This document shows positions 1-7,414 of a DNA stretch of 35,467 bases, piece by piece (position 1 is the first letter of the stretch; every line of letters begins with the position of its first letter). The translations under genes and the position numbers were made by a program. Source of the stretch: an uncultured bacterium (GTDB lineage Bacteria; Patescibacteriota; Microgenomatia; UBA1400; MFAQ01); contig CAXBYW010000006.1 of the NCBI GenBank assembly GCA_963980225.1, positions 1 through 35,467 on the forward strand, read 5' to 3'. The notes beneath the pieces were generated by a model, which searched no databases, was not told the DNA's origin, and saw nothing but the letters and a program-made list of their open reading frames with translations.

Positions 1-2
1 CT

Positions 3-434
3 CTTCAAACCCCTCTGGCAGCTAATGATACTTACTATTGGCGTTCTTATGCCATCGATCCGGGTGGTAGCAATACCTGGAGTGGAACTCAAACTCCCTA
101 CTCATTTACCACTGCCGTTGTTAACTCTCCGTCAGCCTGCACCATAGAGGAAGCAGACGACGACAGTTCCTTAACCTTAAGCTGGACAGACACTTCAGAC
201 AACGAAGACGGCTTTGATATAGACAGGAGTGTAAATGGTGGTGCTTGGGCAGATCTAACCACTAAAGGAGCTGGAGTCACCTCCCACCAAGACTCCACTA
301 TTTCCCAAGGAAACACCTACCAATACCGAGTCGCCTCATACATTACTGGCGTTATTTACAGTGAATGGTGTTATGCCAGTACTTTAGATGTTCAATCGGG
401 CTCTTTCCAGTTTGAAAACATCAATTTCAATTAA
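3..434 (+). CDS. C-terminal part of a surface protein with fibronectin type III domains (5' truncated by the window, missing from the ORF track)
   Basis: Frame 3 is open from the window start to TAA at 432-434: ...DTYYWRSYAIDPGGSNTWS...LTLSWTDTSDNEDGFDIDRS...TISQGNTYQYRVASY..., matching FN3 LxW and YxYRV signatures. Confidence 0.85.
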   Translation, partial: LQTPLAANDTYYWRSYAIDPGGSNTWSGTQTPYSFTTAVVNSPSACTIEEADDDSSLTLSWTDTSDNEDGFDIDRSVNGGAWADLTTKGAGVTSHQDSTISQGNTYQYRVASYITGVIYSEWCYASTLDVQSGSFQFENINFN

Positions 435-441
435 TCTACAT

Positions 442-491
442 AAAAAACCGAGTGGTCTCAAACTAAAGTATTAAAGTTTGATTCCACTCAG
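442..491 (-). terminator. Intrinsic terminator closing the tRNA-like transcript (may also act on the FN3 gene)
   Basis: Minus strand CTGAGTGG-AA-TCAAACT...AGTTTGA-GA-CCACTCGG followed by TTTTTT. Confidence 0.7.
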
Positions 492-504
492 AATAATTTT
501 TTAA

Positions 505-653
505 GAGCCTGAGAACCATGCAAACTTGGCGGGAAAGCATATTGGAGGAGAAAAATATTTTCTCAAGTTCTCAGACTCATATTAACCGACAAGACAAAAC
601 TGATCACCTCCTTTATGTATATAAAAGAACCTCTCTTGTTTTATCTTGTCGGT
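505..653 (-). ncRNA. Two long hairpins (505-578 and 585-653) forming a structured 3' extension of the tRNA-like element
   Basis: GAGTCTGAGAAC/GTTCTCAGGCTC and CCGACAAGATAAAAC/GTTTTGTCTTGTCGG; the single non-Watson-Crick position in each stem is G-U on the minus strand. Confidence 0.55.
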
Positions 654-656
654 AAG

Positions 657-730
657 TCGGCCCGATGGGGTTTGAACCCACGACCTTGAAGATATCATCT
701 TCACGCTCTCCCAGTCTGAGCTACGGGCCA
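657..730 (-). tRNA. Atypical tRNA-Ile(GAT)-like cloverleaf
   Basis: TGGCCCG-TA-GCTC-AGACTGGGA-GAGC-G-TGAAG-ATGATAT-CTTCA-AGGTC-GTGGG-TTCAAAC-CCCAT-CGGGCCG-A; U1:G72, A32-U38, no encoded CCA. Confidence 0.75.
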
Positions 731-748
731 TTCTTAAAGTGCTTTGCA

Positions 749-778
749 AATATAGCACGCACCTTGAGCCTACGTCAA
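749..778 (-). promoter_or_regulatory. Sigma70-type promoter for the tRNA-like RNA
   Basis: TTGACG-N18-TATATT with a TG extension, 18 nt upstream of the tRNA 5' end. Confidence 0.6.
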
Positions 779-785
779 CAATCAC

Positions 786-814
786 TTGACTTTTCTACCC
801 TATAATAGTATAAT
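786..814 (+). promoter_or_regulatory. Near-consensus sigma70 promoter
   Basis: TTGACT-N17-TATAAT; AAGGAG SD precedes the ATG at 896. Confidence 0.8.
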
Positions 815-895
815 ACACCCTACTTACAAACCTACGCTCTTTACCATTTTTTTAAAGTTTTAAAACCAAAGAAGGGAGACCTTCAAGGAGAAAAA

Positions 896-1534
896 ATGAC
901 CGAAAATAGCAATAGTAATATAAAACGTGTTCAAAAGAAACAGCTACATATACAGAAATATTTGATTGGGCTATTAACCATTGGTGGATTGATAGCTTTC
1001 GAAGTCTTCAACTACTCTACCACACAGTTTTCCCTTAACGACTTAATAGGTAACCTGAGTTTTGCTGGGGTTAGTTGGGCTACCATACTGGCAATCGCCT
1101 TTTGTGGTATCGATGTAGCCGGCGTCGCTCGTATATTCACTCCAGAGACAGGCAAAAGTGAACCACTCGAAGTCTGGTACCTCTTAGGAGCTTGGTTACT
1201 GGCCGCCACAATGAATGCTGTTTTAACCTGGTGGAGCATATCCATTGCCGTAGTCAATAACCAAACACTAGGCAATGCAATTGTCTCCCGCGAAAGCTTG
1301 GTTAAATGGGTGCCAATTTTCCTAGCAATTATGATCTGGGTCATCCGGGTCTTACTCATTGGAAGTTTCTCCATTGCTGGAGACAGAATGACTGCACAAA
1401 ACAGAGTTCCTTCCTCCAGACCTCAAGCAATCAGTAAACCTTCTTGGTTAGAAAAAATACAAGCTCGCTTTAATAAGAAGAAAAGCTCTAGCCCTACACA
1501 GAGACATACCTCCACTTCTTCTCCTTCAAGGTAA
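896..1534 (+). CDS. Hypothetical membrane protein with about 4 TM segments and a basic Ser-rich tail
   Basis: 212 aa, four hydrophobic stretches, own promoter, SD and terminator. Confidence 0.85.
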   Translation: MTENSNSNIKRVQKKQLHIQKYLIGLLTIGGLIAFEVFNYSTTQFSLNDLIGNLSFAGVSWATILAIAFCGIDVAGVARIFTPETGKSEPLEVWYLLGAWLLAATMNAVLTWWSISIAVVNNQTLGNAIVSRESLVKWVPIFLAIMIWVIRVLLIGSFSIAGDRMTAQNRVPSSRPQAISKPSWLEKIQARFNKKKSSSPTQRHTSTSSPSR

Positions 1535-1550
1535 TAGTCTCTATTTCCAC

Positions 1551-1588
1551 ATCCCTTACACCACCGTCTCGGTGTAAGGGATTTTTTT
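1551..1588 (+). terminator. Intrinsic terminator
   Basis: ATCCCTTACACC-8 nt loop-GGTGTAAGGGAT followed by a T run. Confidence 0.9.
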
Positions 1589-1638
1589 ACCTCTTCACGT
1601 CTTTATTCTCCACTCCCTTAACCATCACTGAATCCATC

Positions 1639-2310
1639 CTACGTTTTCATTACCAAAACCAATCCCCACACAAAACTAGCTCCTGCCTTTTTTAAAACCT
1701 TACTTACCTCCCGCATCGTTGCTCCACCAGAAAACACATCATCGACCAACAAAATCGCTTTACCTTTTACCTCACCAGCCTCAAACATTCCCTTCACATC
1801 TCTTATCTTACCCTTTCTATTTTTTATCTTTAACTGCTGCTTAGCACCTCCAACTCGCTTCAATACTTCTACTACCGGCACACCTAACTGTCTACCTACC
1901 TCATCGGCAATTACCCTATTTTGATTGAAACCTCTCCAGTTCCTTCTATATATACTAAGTGGCACAGGCACGACTACATCAAACTTCTTACCCATACTAA
2001 AATCAAGTAGACTCACTAACTCCTCCAGCATTTCTTTATTAAACTCAAACTTAACTTTAAAAATTAAACTCTTCATTACTCTTTCATCGTATTCATAAAC
2101 CACAGTCAAACCATCCATTCCTAGCTTTTTAGAACACTTTTTGTGTACATAACCACCAGCGCTTTTCCTGCCACACACTGGGCAAATCTGCTCCACTTCT
2201 TCAAATTCTACCCTACATTTACCACACAACCACTCCCCTGACTTCCCACAACCAACACAATCTTTAGGATAGACAAAATCAACTAACCAATCTCCAATCT
2301 TCCCCCACAT
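1639..2310 (-). CDS. comF: ComF family protein (zinc ribbon plus phosphoribosyltransferase domain)
   Basis: CxxC motifs, VPVPLS, RGFNQ, ILLVDDVFSGGATM. Confidence 0.92.
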   Translation of the reverse strand: MWGKIGDWLVDFVYPKDCVGCGKSGEWLCGKCRVEFEEVEQICPVCGRKSAGGYVHKKCSKKLGMDGLTVVYEYDERVMKSLIFKVKFEFNKEMLEELVSLLDFSMGKKFDVVVPVPLSIYRRNWRGFNQNRVIADEVGRQLGVPVVEVLKRVGGAKQQLKIKNRKGKIRDVKGMFEAGEVKGKAILLVDDVFSGGATMREVSKVLKKAGASFVWGLVLVMKT

Positions 2311-2334
2311 TAATTCCTACTATATACTAAACTC

Positions 2335-3000
2335 ATGAACCATAAAAAAGGGTTTACTTTAATGGAAATGGTCGTAGTTGTCGGAGTTATCCTCGTCCTA
2401 ATTCTCCTGGCTCTCTTGGTCATAAACCCAAAATCCAGTATCGACAAAGCTTTTGATGCTCACAGAAAAAGAGACCTCGAAAGCCTTAGAATAGCCTTTG
2501 AAAACTACTACTCCGACTACTCTTGCTATCCCACCCAGGAACAAGTCAATAACTGCGACTCCGAGGATCTCGACCCCTACATAAAAGAAATCCCCTGTGA
2601 CCCAGTTAGTACTGCCCCTTACGAAATTGTAGCCTCTCCCGCAGTCTGCCCTCAAAACTTTGTCACCTACGCCTGGCTTAAAAAAGACTCTAGCTGCTTT
2701 TCTGTAAACTCACCCAACGCCATTGACGATCCCGACCATGACTGCACCATCTACTTTGACTCTTTAATTCCCATCAGTACACCTACGCCATCCCCAGATC
2801 CTTCTGGTGCCCCTACTCCTTCTGGTACCCCTACTCCTTCTGGTACCCCTACTCCTGGTATTAACTACTACTACTGTTCCAGCTTCAACAACTGCACCCA
2901 GCTACCAGTTGGTAAGTCCTGCGATCCAAACTTCCCCTGGCCTGACGTAAACTGTTCCGGTACCTGTATTAACCCCTTTAATATCTGCACTCCCCAGTAA
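2335..3000 (+). CDS. Type IV pilin/pseudopilin-like protein with a Pro/Thr linker and Cys-rich C-terminal domain
   Basis: KKG|FTLME class III signal peptide, hydrophobic helix, AFDAHRKRDL...YYSDYSCYP. Confidence 0.9.
   Translation: MNHKKGFTLMEMVVVVGVILVLILLALLVINPKSSIDKAFDAHRKRDLESLRIAFENYYSDYSCYPTQEQVNNCDSEDLDPYIKEIPCDPVSTAPYEIVASPAVCPQNFVTYAWLKKDSSCFSVNSPNAIDDPDHDCTIYFDSLIPISTPTPSPDPSGAPTPSGTPTPSGTPTPGINYYYCSSFNNCTQLPVGKSCDPNFPWPDVNCSGTCINPFNICTPQ
2800..2860 (+). repeat. 18-bp tandem repeat (about 3 copies) encoding PSGTPT
   Basis: CCTTCTGGT(G/A)CCCCTACT repeated in tandem. Confidence 0.9.
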
Positions 3001-3019
3001 AAAAAGGTATACTTAATGC

Positions 3020-3880
3020 ATGGTTATAGAGTCCAGTACTACCAGCAAAACACCAGCCAAAAACATCGCTAAAAAAGCTTTCACTTTCACCGCTTACAGC
3101 CTCCTAATTGTATTTGGTGTTGTTACTACCATTGCCGCTATCGGATCAGGAACTAAAACCCCAACTGGCAGCTATCTTTCTCCTTTACCCCAAGGTGAGC
3201 TGGCCCAAACCACTCCTTCACCTACTCCTGTACCCACTTCCCCAACCAAATCTGCTCCTGAACTCATCAATCTAGCCCAAAACTATCTAGACAAAGCCTT
3301 CAATCTAGCTAAAGTAAGTAATCAAACAAAAGAACAAAAAGACAAAATAATAGACAACCTGGACCAAAGTCTAAGTTTCACCACCCAAGCTATCAGCCAA
3401 GAACCTAGAAATCCCAAGGCCTACATCCTACGTGCCCAAATACTCACTGCTGTCAGCAAAACCAATCCCAGCGCCTTAACTCAAGCTCAAAAAGACCTAG
3501 AAACTGCCCAAGGCTTAAGTCAAGGACAACCCATCACCTTACCTGAGTCAATTAACCCTCTAAACCTCTTGCCAGACCAACAAGCTTTAGCCAGCTCAGA
3601 CTTAATCTTAGCCGCTCCAGAAGACACCGCAACAGGATCCGCCTCAGGCGAAATAAGCTCCAACAGCTTCACCACTAAAGTATCTCTACTGGCCGGTCAG
3701 ACAGAGTTGCAAGTAGACGATAGTCGAATTACCAGCTCTTCCTACATCTACTTGATTCCAGAAACAGACACTAATACTTCTGTGTTTGTTAAAGCCAAGG
3801 GTGAGGGTCAATTCACTCTTTCAGTCTCTACCGCATCAGACAATGACCTAATCATAAACTACTACATCATAACTCCCTGA
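3020..3880 (+). CDS. Membrane-anchored TPR-like protein with a C-terminal beta domain
   Basis: N-terminal TM, Pro/Thr linker, QAISQEPRNPKAYILRAQIL TPR-like pattern. Confidence 0.8.
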   Translation: MVIESSTTSKTPAKNIAKKAFTFTAYSLLIVFGVVTTIAAIGSGTKTPTGSYLSPLPQGELAQTTPSPTPVPTSPTKSAPELINLAQNYLDKAFNLAKVSNQTKEQKDKIIDNLDQSLSFTTQAISQEPRNPKAYILRAQILTAVSKTNPSALTQAQKDLETAQGLSQGQPITLPESINPLNLLPDQQALASSDLILAAPEDTATGSASGEISSNSFTTKVSLLAGQTELQVDDSRITSSSYIYLIPETDTNTSVFVKAKGEGQFTLSVSTASDNDLIINYYIITP

Positions 3881-3924
3881 CTCCTTCTTGACTTGTCTAA
3901 GGTAATTCCCTAATATAAAAACAT

Positions 3925-6003
3925 ATGAGACAGACCCTAGACAAAATTGCTACCCAAACTCTAAAGTTCATCCTGCCTTTAACCGCCTTTTTAATCCCCC
4001 TGTTCTTCCTCACCATAACTCCAGACTTCTTTTCCTTCAACAAACGCTTCCTTCTATATATCTTAGCTTCCGTCAGTCTAATTGCCTTTTCCATAAGAAC
4101 CATAACTAGACGCAAGCTCCAACTCACCCTTTCTCCAGCTAGTGGACCACTTCTAGCTTTAGTCGGTATCTACATTATCTCTTCCATCGTCCAGGCACCC
4201 AACACCACTCAAAGTCTTTTTGGTCAGACATCACTCATCACCGCTCTCACAGTTATCTTTTTAACCACTACTTCCAGCCAAAAAAACGACTTCATTGTCA
4301 AAACCACCATCTTCTCCCTTATTACCTCAACCTTCATCGTAAGTCTTTTAGCCATCTACCAAGCCTTAGGACTAACAGGAAACATGGCTGGCCCAGCTTA
4401 CCTACAGTCCAAAATCTTCAACCCAACCGGCGGCCCACTACCCCTACTTACCCTAACCTTACCCTTAATCCCAGCCGTCATCTACTTAGGTTTTAAAACA
4501 TCTAACGGGTTAAACAAACTACTAATGTTCACGGCAGCTACAGTCCTTACTGTCGCTAGTATATTCCAGATCAACTTCCTTTTACCTTCTACTCCAGAAG
4601 CTAATCTAGTCCTTCTTCCTCTATCCGCCGGCTGGTCAATTGCCATAGACATCTTTAAAAACGCTCGAACTGCCCTTTTAGGCACAGGTCCAGGCACTTT
4701 CCTTACCGCCTTTACTAGGCTAAAACCAATTAACCTAAACTTCACTCCAATCTGGAATGTACGTTTTTCCAACTCATCAAACGAACTCCTAACCATCCTC
4801 ACAACTACCGGACTACTAGGCTTCCTTTCCTTTATTTTCTCCTACATCAGAACCTACTCTACCAGCAAAGACGCCCTTAAAGGACTAACAAAAAAAGATC
4901 CCTTCGTCGTCTTCAGTCAATTAATCCTTCTCTTTTCCTTCATTACCTTTGCCTTAGTCCCTTCTACCCCCGTACTACTTACACTTAGTTTTTTAGCCCT
5001 AACCATGGTCACCATGAATCTAAAACTTCAAGATAATAATAAAATAAAAGATGTAGTAATAAACTTAGTCGCTGCTCCTAAAAACTCTACTACTTCTACT
5101 ACCGCCAACGCCATCCTACCTTGGGTCTATACTGCTTCTACAATAGTCCTTTTAGGCTTCTTCTGGTTCTTCTCTGGTCGCTCTTACGCTGCCGCCACCA
5201 ACACCAAAAAAGCCATAGACACACTAAACACAGAAGCTATCTCCTCTTACAACTATCAAGCTCAAGCCTACACCCTAGATCCAACCAACCCCACCTACCG
5301 CATCAACTTCTCCCAAACATCCCTCGCCTTAGCTAACTCTCTAGCTCAAAATGAGAATCTATCAGACCAAGACAGACAAGACTTAACCCAACTAGTAGAA
5401 CAAGCCATCAGGGAAGCCAAGAATGCTACTCAACTAGACCCAGCAAACGTAATCGTCTGGGAAAATCTAGCCAACACATACCGTCAATTGATTAACTTCG
5501 CAGAAGGCGCACCAGACTGGGCTATCGCTTCTTACTCACAAGCTATCAACCTTGACCCCGCTAACCCTACCCTAAGACTCGATCTAGGTGGAGTCCTATT
5601 AACACTAGGAGATTTCGATGGGGCAATTAAGTTATTTGAACAAGCAGTAGACAGAAAATCAGACTGGGCCAACGCTCACTACAACCTTTCTTCCGCCCAC
5701 AAGGCCAACAAAAACTACTCTAGAGCCTTAGCTGAAATGAGAATAGTCGTCCAACTTCTAGACCCTACTACTGAAGACTATCAAAAAGCTCAGGATGAAC
5801 TCAAAGAACTAGAAAGAATGGCTCCCACCGCTCCAGTCCAGAATCCACCAGCAGCCGATCAACCAGTCCCAGAAGACATCCAACTAGTCACTCCTACTCC
5901 AATCCCTTCCCCAGTCGAACCAGTTGAACTACCAGCCGATGCCGGCCCAGACATCCCTGAGCCTACTCCAACACAAGAACCTACTCCCACCTCAAAAATC
6001 TAA
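3925..6003 (+). CDS. O-antigen ligase (Wzy_C)-like polytopic membrane protein with C-terminal TPRs and a Pro-rich tail
   Basis: About 12 TM segments, LLGTGPGTF loop, NELLTILTTTGLLG, several AxxLDPxN TPR units. Confidence 0.8.
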   Translation: MRQTLDKIATQTLKFILPLTAFLIPLFFLTITPDFFSFNKRFLLYILASVSLIAFSIRTITRRKLQLTLSPASGPLLALVGIYIISSIVQAPNTTQSLFGQTSLITALTVIFLTTTSSQKNDFIVKTTIFSLITSTFIVSLLAIYQALGLTGNMAGPAYLQSKIFNPTGGPLPLLTLTLPLIPAVIYLGFKTSNGLNKLLMFTAATVLTVASIFQINFLLPSTPEANLVLLPLSAGWSIAIDIFKNARTALLGTGPGTFLTAFTRLKPINLNFTPIWNVRFSNSSNELLTILTTTGLLGFLSFIFSYIRTYSTSKDALKGLTKKDPFVVFSQLILLFSFITFALVPSTPVLLTLSFLALTMVTMNLKLQDNNKIKDVVINLVAAPKNSTTSTTANAILPWVYTASTIVLLGFFWFFSGRSYAAATNTKKAIDTLNTEAISSYNYQAQAYTLDPTNPTYRINFSQTSLALANSLAQNENLSDQDRQDLTQLVEQAIREAKNATQLDPANVIVWENLANTYRQLINFAEGAPDWAIASYSQAINLDPANPTLRLDLGGVLLTLGDFDGAIKLFEQAVDRKSDWANAHYNLSSAHKANKNYSRALAEMRIVVQLLDPTTEDYQKAQDELKELERMAPTAPVQNPPAADQPVPEDIQLVTPTPIPSPVEPVELPADAGPDIPEPTPTQEPTPTSKI

Positions 6004-6065
6004 CAAACACCTCTCTTGATTATTCTATTAGCTAGTTGTTTAAAAAACATTCTCGCTTTATATTG

Positions 6066-6138
6066 TGGACCCGAGGGGGATCGAACCCCTTGCCTCTTCC
6101 ATGCCATGGAAGCGCTCTACCAACTGAGCTACGGGCCC
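6066..6138 (-). tRNA. tRNA-Ala(GGC)
   Basis: Full cloverleaf GGGCCCG/CGGGTCC-A with G3:U70, anticodon loop AT-GGC-AT, T loop TTCGATC. Confidence 0.97.
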
Positions 6139-6184
6139 AAAGATCCACATATTTTATCACCAAATATACTAAAATACCCACAAA

Positions 6185-6255
6185 GGACCTGTAGGCAAAC
6201 GGTATACCATACCCCTCGCACGGGTAAATTGGCGGCTCGATCCGCTTAGGCTCCA
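6185..6255 (+). tRNA. Deformed tRNA-Ala(CGC)-like element (pseudo-tRNA or non-canonical tRNA)
   Basis: Perfect anticodon arm TACCC-CTCGCAC-GGGTA; T arm GGCGG-CTCGAT-CCGCT with a 6-nt loop; acceptor GGACCTG/TAGGCTCC-A needs a bulge; weak D stem. Confidence 0.6.
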
Positions 6256-6275
6256 CCCTGATATAATCTCTATTC

Positions 6276-6467
6276 ATGACCGATCAAACACTAAAATGCC
6301 AAAACTGCCAATCTGAATTCGTTTTTTCTACCCAAGAACAACAAAAACTTGTTCCCACACCTCAGTACTGCCCCATCTGCAGCTCCATTAAATCCCAAGA
6401 ACTTAAAACGCCTCCAAAACCAGTTTCTTTAACTCCTCCACCCCCACTATCGTCCCACAAGAAATAG
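6276..6467 (+). CDS. Small zinc-ribbon protein (zf-trcl-like)
   Basis: DQTLKCQNCQSEFVFS...EQ...PQYCPIC; TATAAT 8 nt before the ATG. Confidence 0.75.
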   Translation: MTDQTLKCQNCQSEFVFSTQEQQKLVPTPQYCPICSSIKSQELKTPPKPVSLTPPPPLSSHKK

Positions 6468-7377
6468 GTAGTATTTTTATCTTTTTCCCTTTAAAAAACT
6501 TAACTACTTCCTTCACCTGTTTCTCATTAAGTAAATCAATCTTGTTTAAAACCACAATCTCTTTCTTTTTTTCCAATCCCGCTCCAAAATCCTCCAACTC
6601 TTTTCTAATCGTCTCATATCTCTTCCACATCTCTAAACCTGAAACCTCCAAATTAGAAGACACCAAATGAACCAGTACCGTGGTTCTCTCTACATGTCTC
6701 AAAAACTGATCTCCTAAACCCTTACCTTTACTTGCACCTTCAATAAGCCCAGGAATATCTGCCAACACCAAAGATCTCTCGTCCTTTTCCATCACTCCTA
6801 AATTAGGCTCTAAAGTAGTAAATTCGTAGTCAGCAATCTTTGGCTTAGCTTTAGTAAGAATAGACAAAAGAGTTGACTTACCCGCATTAGGTAACCCCAC
6901 CAAACCCACATCAGCCAGTAGCTTAAGCTCTAAGTCAAGTTCTAACACATCACCTTCTCCACCCTCAGTAAACTCCATTGGTGTCCGGTTACTAGAGCTC
7001 TTAAAGTGATCATTCCCCAAACCTCCCCTACCTCCACTAGCCACTAACTCTCTCATCCCTATCTTGTCCATATCCAGTACCCGATCAGGAAACTTAACCA
7101 ATGTTCCTACCGGAACCTTTATCACTAAATCATCACCTGCTTTCCCACTTTTCAAAGACCCCATACCATGCTGCCCTCTTTCTGCCTCATACTTTTTTTT
7201 GTGGGCAAAATTACTCAAAGTAGACAGATCTTTATCTACTTCCATGTATACATTACCACCATCTCCACCATCTCCACCATCAGGGCCACCCTTGGGATTG
7301 TACTTCTCTCGCCTGAAATGAGCAGAGCCATCTCCACCATTCCCTGCCTTTATAATAATCTGCGCACTATCTACCAT
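6403..7377 (-). CDS. obg: GTPase Obg/CgtA, short form without the C-terminal domain
   Basis: Gly-rich Obg fold, GLPNAGKS, YEFTTLEP, DIPG, NKID. Confidence 0.98.
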   Translation of the reverse strand: MVDSAQIIIKAGNGGDGSAHFRREKYNPKGGPDGGDGGDGGNVYMEVDKDLSTLSNFAHKKKYEAERGQHGMGSLKSGKAGDDLVIKVPVGTLVKFPDRVLDMDKIGMRELVASGGRGGLGNDHFKSSSNRTPMEFTEGGEGDVLELDLELKLLADVGLVGLPNAGKSTLLSILTKAKPKIADYEFTTLEPNLGVMEKDERSLVLADIPGLIEGASKGKGLGDQFLRHVERTTVLVHLVSSNLEVSGLEMWKRYETIRKELEDFGAGLEKKKEIVVLNKIDLLNEKQVKEVVKFFKGKKIKILPISCGTIVGVEELKKLVLEAF

Positions 7378-7414
7378 GCCTATATTCTACCTTACTTGGT
7401 ATACTTTAAGTCTC

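Noticed and set aside
602-730. Remnant of a 16S-ITS-tRNA-Ile operon
   Set aside because: The 16S-identical 13-mer is on plus and the tRNA on minus, and no other 16S sequence flanks it
582-785. 67-aa minus-strand ORF
   Set aside because: Runs through the tRNA-like element and its promoter, with no coding signal
818-1588. 5'-3' long-range pairing around the 896 gene like that at 22427 and 23364
   Set aside because: Only 5-6 bp matches (CTTACA/TGTAAG, GAGAC/GTCTC), within chance
2800-2860. Short direct repeats as a CRISPR array or mobile element
   Set aside because: In-frame tandem repeats without spacers; no cas, transposase or integrase gene in the window
6016-6277. 77-aa and 81-aa ORFs
   Set aside because: Both overlap tRNA-Ala and the tRNA-like element
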